Shown one piece after another: positions 9,905 to 20,177 of a stretch of 64,000 nucleotides of DNA. The notes under the pieces were generated by a model, which searched no databases, had not been told where the DNA came from, and saw only the letters and a list, made by a program, of their open reading frames with translations. The stretch is from assembly GCA_045863395.1 (NCBI GenBank), contig BTVJ01000009.1, positions 64,001 through 128,000 on the forward strand, in the 5' to 3' direction. A program made the position numbers and the translations under genes. Positions within the stretch are counted from its first letter, which is position 1. Every line of letters starts with the position of its first letter. This DNA comes from Myxococcales bacterium (GTDB lineage: Bacteria; Myxococcota_A; UBA9042; JABWCM01; BTVJ01).

Positions 9905-12157
9905 TCAGGGCCCGCCGAGGAAGATGGAGTAGTCGTAGTTGACGTTGTTCTTGGCCGACCAGTTGGAGTTGCCGCAGCTCGAGTCGCTGCACGTCTGCGA
10001 CGGGGGCTGGCACGCGTCGTTGCCAAACATTCCTGTCCCGCCGTAGCAGGGCGCCCAGCCGGACTGCGCCTCGGCGCAGGTGCGGACCGTGCCTCCGCCG
10101 CAGTTCGTGCCACCATACGGGCCGGAGCAACACAGGTGCATGTCGTGCCAGTTGCCGAGCCCGCCGCCGTTGTTGTCGGATGGGGTGCCCTGGTGGGACC
10201 CGATGCGGTCGCCGTCCGGCGAGCCCGTCGTGCCGCTCGTACACCCGCCGCCCGTCTGCACGCAGTGGTTCGCGTAGAGGGTGGTGGAGGTGCGCACCAG
10301 CCGCTCGCTCGTCCACACGCTCCCCGTCGAGGAGTTGATCACCGCCGAGCCGATCAGCGTGTTGTCGCCACCCTGCAGGTGCTGGAACATGCTGTCCCCA
10401 TTGGCCTTCGTGAAGCTCTTCCAGCCGCGATAGCTCCCCTGCTCGTGCACGACAACCAGGATCTTCGTCGCGCCGGTGTAGCTGTTCCACGCAGGGCTCT
10501 TCAGATCCGCGCCGAACGGGGCGCTGGCGTTCCCGAACGTCGCGCTGTTGGTCCACGCCGGGTTGCCCCACCACATGGCGTGCCCATCGGACGTGTCCAG
10601 GTTCAGCACGAGCGTCCAGCCGCCGCCGTCGGTGGTCATGTCACACCACACCTGGTAGGCGTCGGTGGTCGGCGCGCCGTTCGGGTCGATCCAGTACGTC
10701 GCATCCCCGTGGGAGTAGCCCCCCGCCTTGATCCCGGCGCACGACGCGCCAGCCTGCGCCTGGGTCCCCCCGTTCGGCGGCGGAGAGTAGATGGCCGCCC
10801 AGGCGGCCCCGTCGCACACCTCGATCTGGGAGCCCGTCCACCGCAGCGCCCCGGCGTTCCCGCTGGTGCAGGGGCCGTTGTCCCCGCCGATGCGGAACGA
10901 CCCGGCCACGTCGAGCTTCGCCGCCGGGGTCGTCGTGCCGATGCCCAGGTTCCCCGACGTCTCCAGGAGCATGAGCGGGCTCGACACGCCGTTCGCCGTC
11001 CACACGAAGGGGCGCCCGTTGGCGACGGTGTTGAACACGAAGGAGTCGTTGTCCACCCACGGCGTGTCTGCCGCCGCCACGACCCCCAACCACCAGCTCG
11101 GGTCCCGCAGGAAGACGGTCGCGTTCGGGTGGTAGCCGTTTCCACCGATGGAGAAGAAGCCGACCTTCAGCGCGCTGGTCGTGTCGATGGACCCGCGCAC
11201 GTCCAGGGCGTTGACCGGCGCCGTCGTGCCGATGCCCACGCTGGTGGTCACCGACAGGATCCCCTGCACGGCGAGGTTGCCGTAGGAGGTCCCCCCGCCG
11301 AACTCCAGCGCGGTGTGGCTCACGCTGGCCGGGTCCGCCGCGCGCACCCGCAGCCCGTTCGACGTATGCAGGGTGACCCACCCGTCCTTGTGGTCGTAGA
11401 GCCCGGCGGCTCCGATGCCGACCGCGCACAGGGTGCCGGTGGCGTTCGTGCAGGCCGCCACGCCGCCCGTGGCCGACACGTTGCCGGCCAGCGCCACGTT
11501 CGCCGCGATGTCGCTGCCCGCGACGCACCCCGTGCAGGCGACGTCCGACGCCGGACCGCCGGCGGTCGCCGCGCCGGCATAGGGGAAGGACACCTTCTCC
11601 GCCGTGACCGCGCCGGCCTGCAGGTGGGGCGTCGCGACGGCACCCGCTGCGAGATCCGTGGGCTCGACGCAGCCCGGGCAGTCCAGGTCGAGGGCAGCGC
11701 CACCCTTGCTCGACGCGCCCGCGTAGAGGAAGCCCACGTCGGCGCTGCCTACGCAGCCCGAGCAGGCCAGGTCCGTCGCGACCAGGGCGGTGTTCGCCCG
11801 CTCTGCGGCCATGGCGTAGGGGACGACGCTCAGGGGGCGCCGCGGCAGCACGTCTCCATCGACGACCGGCTCGAGCCAGAGCGTCGGATCGCCGTTCAGC
11901 AGAGACATGGGCACGGGCGGCAGCGTCACGTCGAAGACGCCACCATCCACCGAGACCCCGGGCACGTTCGCCACGTGCAGGGGCGCGCCGCCGGTCTGCT
12001 GCCCGTAGAACCGGAGCTCCATGCCGAACGTGCCGCTCACGGGCACCCCGGAGCTCGTGAGCAGCGTTCCCTGCACGGACAGCGACGTCGGAACGGCCGC
12101 CAGGGCAGGCGCGGCGGCCACCAGCCACCCTGCCAGGAGCACGGTGATCTTCTTCAT
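9905..12157 (-). CDS. Secreted fibre-like protein with C-terminal fibrinogen-like (YCDxxxxGGGW-type) domain
   Basis: Signal MKKITVLL...ALA with AAGGAGG RBS; three D(L/V)xCxGCV repeats; two (V/L)GIGTTxP..LDV repeats; YWIDPNG...VWCDMTTDGGGWTL. Confidence 0.8.
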   Translation of the reverse strand: MKKITVLLAGWLVAAAPALAAVPTSLSVQGTLLTSSGVPVSGTFGMELRFYGQQTGGAPLHVANVPGVSVDGGVFDVTLPPVPMSLLNGDPTLWLEPVVDGDVLPRRPLSVVPYAMAAERANTALVATDLACSGCVGSADVGFLYAGASSKGGAALDLDCPGCVEPTDLAAGAVATPHLQAGAVTAEKVSFPYAGAATAGGPASDVACTGCVAGSDIAANVALAGNVSATGGVAACTNATGTLCAVGIGAAGLYDHKDGWVTLHTSNGLRVRAADPASVSHTALEFGGGTSYGNLAVQGILSVTTSVGIGTTAPVNALDVRGSIDTTSALKVGFFSIGGNGYHPNATVFLRDPSWWLGVVAAADTPWVDNDSFVFNTVANGRPFVWTANGVSSPLMLLETSGNLGIGTTTPAAKLDVAGSFRIGGDNGPCTSGNAGALRWTGSQIEVCDGAAWAAIYSPPPNGGTQAQAGASCAGIKAGGYSHGDATYWIDPNGAPTTDAYQVWCDMTTDGGGWTLVLNLDTSDGHAMWWGNPAWTNSATFGNASAPFGADLKSPAWNSYTGATKILVVVHEQGSYRGWKSFTKANGDSMFQHLQGGDNTLIGSAVINSSTGSVWTSERLVRTSTTLYANHCVQTGGGCTSGTTGSPDGDRIGSHQGTPSDNNGGGLGNWHDMHLCCSGPYGGTNCGGGTVRTCAEAQSGWAPCYGGTGMFGNDACQPPSQTCSDSSCGNSNWSAKNNVNYDYSIFLGGP

Positions 12158-12472
12158 GCGGCCCTCCTTTGGGATCGCGTGTCCTGGGCGAATGACGCAG
12201 CGCACCCATGTTTGCGCTTGTGGCGTGCAAGAGCAAGGCATATTCGCCGAGTCGTGGGAGAGCAGCCTGGTCGACTCCAAGCTCCAGGCCCGGCGGTGAG
12301 CGCCCTGCCACGGCACCGCAGGCACGGTCAGCCACACCCAACGCGCCGAGGCAGAAGGTGGTGCCCCGGTCGACGTGGCGGGTCCTCCTCCAGCCGCCAC
12401 ACCTCATGCCCCCCTACCGCGAGGCTGGCAAATGGTGGAGAATCCTCGCCGGACGTGCGAACGGGAGCCTCT

Positions 12473-14722
12473 ATGAAGACGGTGCGCTGGATGGTGGCCT
12501 GGGCGGCTTGGACGCTGGCAGCAGCCTGCGGGTCTGCGGGCGACGGTCAGGACGGGGTGGGCGACGTAGACGGGGGAACGGCTGGGTCCCTGGACGGCTC
12601 GGAGTCTGTGGATGGACTGGATGGGGCAGGCGGCCCCGCGAACAGCGATGCCACCGCCGACACCCCGGACGTGGCAGGAGACGCGGGGAGCGCCCCGGAC
12701 ACGTCGCAACCAGGCGACGCGACGGACGCGACGAGCCCGGGCGACGCAGCCGCGGACGCAGTCGCGGACAGCACCGCGGACACCATGGACGCGACGGCCG
12801 ACGACGCGAGCGCCGAGGTGACGGACGCCGGGCCCGATGCGAGCGACGCCGCGACGCTCCCGCCCGTGTGCAGCGCTCCCCCCGCGGTGGCCCCGGCCGC
12901 GTCCACCGTCACCTACGACGTGCCGGCGCCCCAGGTCGGCGTGGACCCGCTGGAGCGGTCGCTGTACGAGGCGGTGCGCGCGGCGGCCCTCGCCGACCCG
13001 GACCTGCACTTCGTCGCGACGTGGGACCACGACGCCCAGGTCTACCGGGTCGACGCGGAAGGAGGCTTCGTCGCCTTCGAGCGCACCCCCGCGGGCATCG
13101 CCTTCGTCGAGGGGGACGCGACGAGTGTGTTCCCGAACACGACGGCGGAGGTGCTCGGCGACTACGCGAGCACCCTCGCCGCCTTCGAGAACCCGAGCGG
13201 CTACACGGGCGCCGACCTCGGGTATGCGCCCGGCGACCCCCGCGTAGGCTTCCTGCCGCCGGAGCTGGAGAGCTTTCCGGCCGCCTTCGAGCGGATCGCG
13301 GCCCTCTTCGACTCGCCGGACGCGCCCGACGTGGTCGTCGGCCACCGGAGCTGGTCGGCCGGGCCTGGAGGCTCCCACGGCGCGCTGAGCGCCGTCCAGT
13401 CTCGGGCGACCCTCGTGATCTCGGGGCGTGGCGCAAAGAAGGGGGTGGTCCTGGAGGCCGCGGCGGCGCTCCCCGACGTGGCCCCGACCATCCTCGCGGC
13501 GCTGGGGGCCGGCACGACGTCCGGGCGCGGGCCGGACGGCGCCTACGACGACGGCCTCTACATGGAGCGCCAGGACGGCCGCGTGCTGTGGGAGGCGCTC
13601 GCGGACGACCCGTGCGACCGCCCGCGGCACGCCATCCTGCTGCTGTTCGACGGGCTCTCGCAGACGGAGCTCCTGCACCAGGCGCTGGCGGGGGACGCCG
13701 CCATCCCCACCCTGAAGGCGCTGGTCGACGACGGGGTCGCCTGGCGCTACGGGGCCACGGTGAACTACCCGTCGGTCTCGGCGCCGGGCCACATGACCGC
13801 GGGCTCCGGCGTGTGGTCCGGGCACCACGGCATCATCTCCAACGCCTTCTACCGGCGCAGCGCCAAGAAGGACATCAACCCGTTCGCGCTGCTCGACGAC
13901 GTGCAGGCCACCCTCGCGGACCCGCTGAAGGCCGTCGCCCTTTATGAAGAGGCCCTGATGGACGGGTTCCAGACGCTGGCCCAGGCAGCGCACGCCCGGT
14001 TCGGGGACTTCGACCCGGTGACGGGCGAAGGAGCCTTCGTCGCCGTGGTGAACGAGCTGCCCATCGGCGGAGCGGACTGGACGACCGTGCACCTGCTGCT
14101 CGGCGCGGGCCCCGGCCCGCTGGCGCTGTCGCTCCAGGAGTACGAGATGGCGGACAACCTGGCCGTGACGCAGGTCGCGAACCTGCTGGGGGACACGGCC
14201 CTGCCGGCGCCTCTGATCCTCCAGATGTCACTGGTCAAGACGGACGGGGCGGGAGAGACGGACGGCCCCCACGGGGACGGGCTGCGGCAGACGCTGGAGG
14301 AGACCGACGCGCGGGTCGCGGCCATCTTGAAGGCCTACGCGGACAGGGGCGTGCTGGAGGACACGCTGGTCGTCCTCGTGTCGGACCACGGGATGGAGCT
14401 CCAGGACCCGCTTCGGACGACCAGCGTGGGGAAGGCGGTCTCCGCGGCCGGCGTGAAGGCGCGCATCCATTCGCCAGGGCTCGTGTGGTTCCCCGTGCTC
14501 GAGCTGCACCAGGCGGCGACGGACGGCGGCCTGGTCGTCACCGTGCGCGACCACGACAACGGCGCACCGGTGAGCGGCGCGACCGTGTCTTGCGATGACT
14601 GCGCTCCAGCCGTGACGGACGCGGGCGGGGTCGCCACCCTGTCCCCGGGCCCCGGGGCGACGATGGTCACGGCGACGCACCCGAGCTTCAACCCGCAGCA
14701 GGCCCCCCTCGCGGGACCGTAG
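12473..14722 (+). CDS. Alkaline phosphatase superfamily (NPP/phosphodiesterase-like) lipoprotein, apparently circularly permuted
   Basis: Lipobox LAAAC; LFDGL, YPSVSAPGH, HGIISN, VSDHG motifs; the GSHG...DVAPTI...DGRVL segment lies N-terminal to them. Confidence 0.8.
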   Translation: MKTVRWMVAWAAWTLAAACGSAGDGQDGVGDVDGGTAGSLDGSESVDGLDGAGGPANSDATADTPDVAGDAGSAPDTSQPGDATDATSPGDAAADAVADSTADTMDATADDASAEVTDAGPDASDAATLPPVCSAPPAVAPAASTVTYDVPAPQVGVDPLERSLYEAVRAAALADPDLHFVATWDHDAQVYRVDAEGGFVAFERTPAGIAFVEGDATSVFPNTTAEVLGDYASTLAAFENPSGYTGADLGYAPGDPRVGFLPPELESFPAAFERIAALFDSPDAPDVVVGHRSWSAGPGGSHGALSAVQSRATLVISGRGAKKGVVLEAAAALPDVAPTILAALGAGTTSGRGPDGAYDDGLYMERQDGRVLWEALADDPCDRPRHAILLLFDGLSQTELLHQALAGDAAIPTLKALVDDGVAWRYGATVNYPSVSAPGHMTAGSGVWSGHHGIISNAFYRRSAKKDINPFALLDDVQATLADPLKAVALYEEALMDGFQTLAQAAHARFGDFDPVTGEGAFVAVVNELPIGGADWTTVHLLLGAGPGPLALSLQEYEMADNLAVTQVANLLGDTALPAPLILQMSLVKTDGAGETDGPHGDGLRQTLEETDARVAAILKAYADRGVLEDTLVVLVSDHGMELQDPLRTTSVGKAVSAAGVKARIHSPGLVWFPVLELHQAATDGGLVVTVRDHDNGAPVSGATVSCDDCAPAVTDAGGVATLSPGPGATMVTATHPSFNPQQAPLAGP

Positions 14723-14891
14723 AGTCGCGGGAGAGGCGCCCAGCGCGGAGCGTGGGGGCCGCGGTCTCCCGGAGACCCCGCGTCACGGTGGGAAGCGCTC
14801 TGGAGCAACCCGGCGACTTGTGGGCGCTCAGAGGGATCCCGTGAGCCTTCGTGCGTTCAGCGGGACCAGGTGGCAGGCGCCTCGGGCCGAG

Positions 14892-15548
14892 CTACTTCGA
14901 CGCGCAGCAGTAGCCGCCGCCCGGGTCCTGTACGCAGTCCTTCGACTCGTCGGGGGTCGCCTCGCAGCAAGCCAGGTAGTAGGGGCGATTCGGGTCGAGG
15001 CTCGCGCAGCTCTCGCTGAAGAACTCGTCGTAGATGCAGCCGGCCCCCAGGCCAAAGCAGGGCTCGGCCGTGCCTGGACCCGCGTCCTTGTCGCCACCCG
15101 GGCTGCCCCCGCCGCCAGGGTCGCCGGTGCCCGAGCCCGCATCCTTGTCGCCGCCCGGGCTGCCGCCGCCGGACGGGCCGCCGGAGCCACTGCTCGTCGT
15201 TGTGGTGCACTTCTGGAGCGCGGCGAGGTCGCAGCCGGCCCCCTCGATGCACACGAGCTGAGGCTCGGTCAGGGAGGGGCAGTACTGGTCGCACATCGAC
15301 GGGGGCAGGCCGCACTTGGACGCTGCTGTTCCGCAGCGGGCCGGACAGTCGGTCGCAGGCGCCGCGCCAGCCCCGCCGCCGGTCCCGCCGCCAGCACCGC
15401 CAGCAACGCCAGCACCGCCAGCACCGCCAGCACCGCCGCCAGCACCGCCAGCACCGACCGCATCGGCGCTCCCGCTGCCCTTGTCGCTCTCACACGCGCC
15501 GGCGGCCGCCGCCAGGGCGAGCACCGCGATGAACGTGACCCTCTTCAT
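14892..15548 (-). CDS. Cys-rich, Gly-rich lipoprotein of unknown function
   Basis: MKRVTFIAVLALAAAAGAC lipoprotein signal; two Cys-rich modules separated by Gly linkers. Confidence 0.75.
   Translation of the reverse strand: MKRVTFIAVLALAAAAGACESDKGSGSADAVGAGGAGGGAGGAGGAGVAGGAGGGTGGGAGAAPATDCPARCGTAASKCGLPPSMCDQYCPSLTEPQLVCIEGAGCDLAALQKCTTTTSSGSGGPSGGGSPGGDKDAGSGTGDPGGGGSPGGDKDAGPGTAEPCFGLGAGCIYDEFFSESCASLDPNRPYYLACCEATPDESKDCVQDPGGGYCCASK
15391..15456. repeat. 9-bp tandem repeat (CCAGCACCG, about 7 copies) encoding a Gly/Ala linker
   Basis: Read directly in the sequence; one variant unit and one 3-bp insertion. Confidence 0.85.
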
Positions 15549-15664
15549 CTCCACAACCTCCAAGAATCTGGCGCCGCCCAGGGGGTCGAATCGACCTTGG
15601 ACCCGAGGCGGATCGGACGGAGTGTGGCGAGCGCGTGCGCAGGACGCAAGGACCCACTCGCGGG

Positions 15665-18600
15665 TCACCGGAATTGGGGGCGTCGAGCCCAGGCGGACGA
15701 TGCTGGCCCACGCCGTCGCCGTTCAGGTCGCCCCACGTTGGCGACCGGCGTGCCCGCGCCTGTCAGGCCCGGATCGAGGATGCACTGCCCCCCGTCACCC
15801 TCCGAGGCGTCCAGATCGATGTCCGGCAGGGGCGCGCCGCCGCCGTCGCGCCCGAACGCCAGGCAGAAGCCGCTCAAGTCGCCGCCGCCGAGCGCCAGGT
15901 CCGGCAGGCCGTCGCCGTTGACGTCCCCGACCGCGACCACGACGCTGTCGAGGCGCTCCGGGAAGCCGGCGGGCGGGCTGAAGGAGTGGGTGATGCGCGC
16001 CACGCGCAGCCTCACCAGGTCGGTGCCCACGGTGCCCCCGCCGCTGACCGGCGAGGCGTTGCCCGCGCCGTCCGTCGCCCGCACGGCGAACCACCACATG
16101 CCGTCCGGCAACGCCGACCACCTGCAGGCGGTCGCGTTGACGGAGCGTGTGTCCGGCCCGCGCAGGGTCAGCACGTCGAGGCTGCCCAGGGGATCACCCG
16201 GCGCGGGCATGTCCGGGGCGAGCGGCAGGTCTGTCGCCAGGCAGGCGGCGTCCCAGTCCTCCTCGCTGGTGATGGGCTCGCGGGCATAGCGCACCACGTA
16301 GGACGCGGCCGGGCCGCCGGGGACGCCCGTGTTCGACGCGGGGGGCTGCCACCGGAGCGTGACGGCGGGCAGCCGTGGCATGACGTCCAGCGCCGAGATG
16401 GGCTCGAGCACGGCCTCCTCGGGGGGAGACAGGTCGACGGTCGCCGTGAAGCTGGCGCTGGTCGTGTTTCCGACCGTGTCCTCGGCCGTGACCGTCACCG
16501 TGTGGGTCGCCTGGTCGGGGAGCGAGATCCAGAGGAAGTCGTGGCTCCCGGGGAGGGCGGGGAGCGAGACGGGGGCCGCCAGCGGGAGCCCACCTGCGCT
16601 CAGCGAGAGGCGCCCCGCACCGCCGTCGTTCATCGTGACGCGCAGGTGGCCCTCCAGCGAGGTCGTGGACGCGGGCGCCCGGTCGGACGCTGCACCCCAC
16701 ACGACGACGGCGCCGGACTCCGGGGTCGCAAAGCCGCCAACGTCTCCCGCCACGAAGTCCACGTCCGGCGGCACCAGGTCGACGCGCACCTCGAAGGGAG
16801 CAGTCTCTGCGGCGGGAGCGCCCTCGATGGTCGCCTCGGCCCACAGGGACGTCACGGCGCCGTGGGCGAAGACCACGGAGAGCTCCGCCTCGTGGTCTGC
16901 GGGCACCGCCTGGTCGATGGGCGCTCCGTCCGCGAGCAGGGTCACCAGATCCACGTCTCCGCAGGGGCCCACCCACTCGGCGAGCAATGTGCGGGCGACG
17001 GTCGCGCAGCCGGGCTCGGCGCAGTCGGCCATGCGAATGGCGCCGTCCGCCGGCAGGCCCGCCAGGGCGAGCACGCAGGCGCTCAGCCTCAGGTGCACGT
17101 CCCGGGTCGCGGTGCTCACGTTGCCGGCGGCGTCCCGAGCGCGGGCCTCGATGCGGCGCCACGACTCGGCCGCCGGCGCAACCAGAGTCAAGGCCACCGG
17201 AGCCTCGGGGCCGCCCGACGCCATGCCCGAGGCGCCGAGAATCGCTCCGCCACAGCCCGACCAATCCGGGGCGCAGCCACTCTGCACCAGCAGCTCCCAC
17301 GAGTCTGCGCCCGCCGTCGAGATTGCAGCCGCAGCCTGGAAGCCACCCTTGGACGTCTGCGCGTCGTCTGCGTCGACCAGGTCTGCGCCGGGCGCCAGGA
17401 TCGTGACCTCCGGCGGAGTCGCGTCCACGACGATGGACGCGGGCAGCGTGGCTGCGGTGGCCGTGTTTCCGGCGAAGTCCTCCAGCTCGGCCGCCAGCAC
17501 GTGAACGCCGTCGCTCAGCGCGCCCCACGTCGCGTGGGGGAAGACGGCCTGGTGGTCTGCTCCAGTGACCGTGTCGCCGATCAACGCCTCTCCGTCGCGG
17601 AGCCGCACCGTGGCTCCAGCCTCCGACGCCAGCAGGCGCACGTCCAGCGGCGCGCCGGCCAGCGCGGGGCTGCCTGCGGGCGACAGGAAGGTCAGCGAGA
17701 GTGGCTCGACCTTGACCAGCCACAGGCTCGGGAGGGACAGGGGGCTGCTCGGAGCGAGGCTCGCGTTGCCGACCGCGTCGAAGACGACGGCGCGCACGTC
17801 CTTGAGCCCGTCGGTCGCAAAGTCCAGCGCCGACGTCCCGGCGCCTCCGGTGATCGGGAAGCTCTGCCGGATCTGCCCGTTCACCCAGAGCTGCCCTCCC
17901 CCATTCAAAGGAACGCCGCCGTCCGTGGCGGACACGGCAAAGGCGAAGGTCCCTGGCGCTGCCTGATCGGCCTGGCTCAGCACCCCCGCGGGAGGCAGAG
18001 AGTCCGAAGGGCACGTGATGCCCTGGACAACCGGCGCCACGGTGTCGAGGACAACACGGCGCGACTGGAAGGTGGATCCAGCGTCCGTGGAGGCGGCCCA
18101 CACGTCTGCGCCCGGCACGACCTGCGCCTCTGCGACGAAGGTCTGCGCCCCGTCCGGCGCCCCGGAGGCGCCCACGAGGATCGCCGTCGCGGCCAGTGCC
18201 CCGACTCCCACCTGCACAGTGCCCGGAGTGGCGCAGGCTGGCCCCGCGACCCCGGGCAGGTTCGTGCAGAGACGCACCAGAGAGCCCACCGGCACACCCG
18301 TGGTCTGCACCTGGATCTGCTTGGGCGACGCGATTCCCCATGGGATGTGGCAGACTCCAAGCCAGCAGACACCGGCGCCGCAGTCTGCCGAGCTCCCACA
18401 GGAGCCCCCGGGTGGAGGTGCATTCAGGATGGAGACCACCTGGCCGGACGGGTTCGCCGAGATCACACGCAGGTGGGAGTCTCCGTTGCCGGCCGCGTCC
18501 GCCACGCGGGCCTCCACCGTCCGGGAGCCGGCCTCGGAGATGGTCCAGACCCCGAGAACGACCGTGGTGGGCGCGCCGTCGGGCGCCGTGACTCCCAGGG

Positions 18601-19678
18601 CGGCGCTCAGGGTCGGCGAGCCGTCGAGGGGTGAGCCGGCTGGGACGATTCGCACCTCGACGGTCTGCCCCGCCTGCACGCCAGACACAGAGACGGACAC
18701 GGTCTTCTGGAGTCCTGGGAGCACCGGGTTCTCGTCGTCGGTCGGCCCCAGCACGTCTCCGGATGGGCGCGCGATGGCGTGTATGATCGGCGCGACCCGG
18801 TCCACGAGCACGGTGACGGGGGCCGCCCCGGCCGTGCCGCCAGCCGTCGAGACCCGCGCGTCCAAGGTGCAGACTGCCTGATCGAGCAGACCTACGCCGG
18901 CCCAGGTAACGGACTGTCCGGTGACTGCCGCAGGGAGCTCCGTCACACCCGCGCCGCAGTCTACCGTGATGGTCGCCGTGGCTCCGTCTGCATCCGTAGC
19001 CGCCCCCGCGACGGCGAGGACACAGGGCCCCGGCCCCGGCGCGCAGGCGGCGGACGCGAGATTGAGCACGGCCCCGTCCGCGGGAGACAGCAGGCTGATG
19101 GCGGGCGCGGGCGGGCCACAGGAGAGCCCCTCGTCGGCGAGACCGTCGCAGTCGTCGTCCGCGCCATTGCACACCTCCGGCGGCGGCCCGCCGAGGCTGA
19201 GGCCCAGCGACCGCAGCCAGAACCGATCACGCGCGGCGCAGTGGCCAGCGCCCGCGTGCCGCACCACGACGCGGTCACACCCGGGCGCCGCCACCACCGG
19301 GAACGGCCCGGCAGTCGCCCCCGTGATCTTGAATCCGCAGCCGTTCCAGTCCGGGACCGTGCCGAGGAGCACGTCTCCGGTGGGGCACCGGAGCAGCACG
19401 TCTGCCGACTCGTTGCACTGCGGCTGTGTGAACGGGAGCTGCCCGGTGGCTGTAGTCTGGACGGTCACCTGGTGGAGCGACCCGGGACACGCGCGCGCGA
19501 GCGCCGCGGCCACGAAGACCACCTCCTCCGAGCACGGGAGCCCGCCACCGCAGCACAGGATCTTCGCGCCGTTCCAGCCCTCGCTGCCAAGCTGGAGGTC
19601 CGCGCGGGCGCTGGACCCCTGGGTGGCGCAAACGACGAGGAGCAGCCCTGTCCCGAGACGCACCGATGCAGACATCAT
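15665..19678 (-). CDS. Large secreted Ig-like repeat protein with EVCNG..DDDCDG motif, FN3-like domain and FG-GAP repeats; 3' end frameshifted/truncated
   Basis: GGAGGA RBS before ATG 19678; repeated DxAGN and (V/L)DxxxP Ig-like signatures; VGDVNGDGLPDL repeat; second repeat broken at C4 run 15731-15734. Confidence 0.75.
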   Translation of the reverse strand: MMSASVRLGTGLLLVVCATQGSSARADLQLGSEGWNGAKILCCGGGLPCSEEVVFVAAALARACPGSLHQVTVQTTATGQLPFTQPQCNESADVLLRCPTGDVLLGTVPDWNGCGFKITGATAGPFPVVAAPGCDRVVVRHAGAGHCAARDRFWLRSLGLSLGGPPPEVCNGADDDCDGLADEGLSCGPPAPAISLLSPADGAVLNLASAACAPGPGPCVLAVAGAATDADGATATITVDCGAGVTELPAAVTGQSVTWAGVGLLDQAVCTLDARVSTAGGTAGAAPVTVLVDRVAPIIHAIARPSGDVLGPTDDENPVLPGLQKTVSVSVSGVQAGQTVEVRIVPAGSPLDGSPTLSAALGVTAPDGAPTTVVLGVWTISEAGSRTVEARVADAAGNGDSHLRVISANPSGQVVSILNAPPPGGSCGSSADCGAGVCWLGVCHIPWGIASPKQIQVQTTGVPVGSLVRLCTNLPGVAGPACATPGTVQVGVGALAATAILVGASGAPDGAQTFVAEAQVVPGADVWAASTDAGSTFQSRRVVLDTVAPVVQGITCPSDSLPPAGVLSQADQAAPGTFAFAVSATDGGVPLNGGGQLWVNGQIRQSFPITGGAGTSALDFATDGLKDVRAVVFDAVGNASLAPSSPLSLPSLWLVKVEPLSLTFLSPAGSPALAGAPLDVRLLASEAGATVRLRDGEALIGDTVTGADHQAVFPHATWGALSDGVHVLAAELEDFAGNTATAATLPASIVVDATPPEVTILAPGADLVDADDAQTSKGGFQAAAAISTAGADSWELLVQSGCAPDWSGCGGAILGASGMASGGPEAPVALTLVAPAAESWRRIEARARDAAGNVSTATRDVHLRLSACVLALAGLPADGAIRMADCAEPGCATVARTLLAEWVGPCGDVDLVTLLADGAPIDQAVPADHEAELSVVFAHGAVTSLWAEATIEGAPAAETAPFEVRVDLVPPDVDFVAGDVGGFATPESGAVVVWGAASDRAPASTTSLEGHLRVTMNDGGAGRLSLSAGGLPLAAPVSLPALPGSHDFLWISLPDQATHTVTVTAEDTVGNTTSASFTATVDLSPPEEAVLEPISALDVMPRLPAVTLRWQPPASNTGVPGGPAASYVVRYAREPITSEEDWDAACLATDLPLAPDMPAPGDPLGSLDVLTLRGPDTRSVNATACRWSALPDGMWWFAVRATDGAGNASPVSGGGTVGTDLVRLRVARITHSFSPPAGFPERLDSVVVAVGDVNGDGLPDLALGGGDLSGFCLAFGRDGGGAPLPDIDLDASEGDGGQCILDPGLTGAGTPVANVGRPERRRRGPASSAWARRPQFR

Positions 19679-20177
19679 GGACACATCCTCCATGGAAGTT
19701 GCCGACGTGTGCGAAGCCCCGGGACAGGCGAGGGAGAGGCCCACGCGAGAGAGCCTCCCCCTCCCGAGGGGGATCGGTCTCTGTCCGCGGGGCATGCTGA
19801 GCCAAGGCGCCGGTGCACGACAACCTGTGCCATTCGGCCCCCGCTGCATCCCCGCTGGCAGCCTGGCGAGACCTTGGAAGGACAAGGCCCTGCCTGCGGC
19901 CTCGCCAGACTGCCAGCGGGGCGCATCGGGACCCTCGATGGATCAGGTTGTTATGCACCGGCGCCTGACATGGAGCGCGGAGAGGGCGCGTCAAGTGAGG
20001 TCTGCGCAGAGCGCGCACATTCGACCGGCGGGGAGCGGTGCAGCGCCCTCGTCGGTGTCCCGTGCCGCGTGTCCGAGTCCGCATGGCGTGCGGCCTTTGC
20101 GACACATCCCCGAGGGCGCACCTCCGGCTGAGGGAGACGCGGGCGTCGATCCCGGTGCGCCTCGCCCGATCACACCG

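Noticed and set aside
9905..10750. Fibrinogen-like tip as a diversity-generating retroelement target
   Set aside because: No reverse transcriptase and no template/variable repeat pair was seen in the window.
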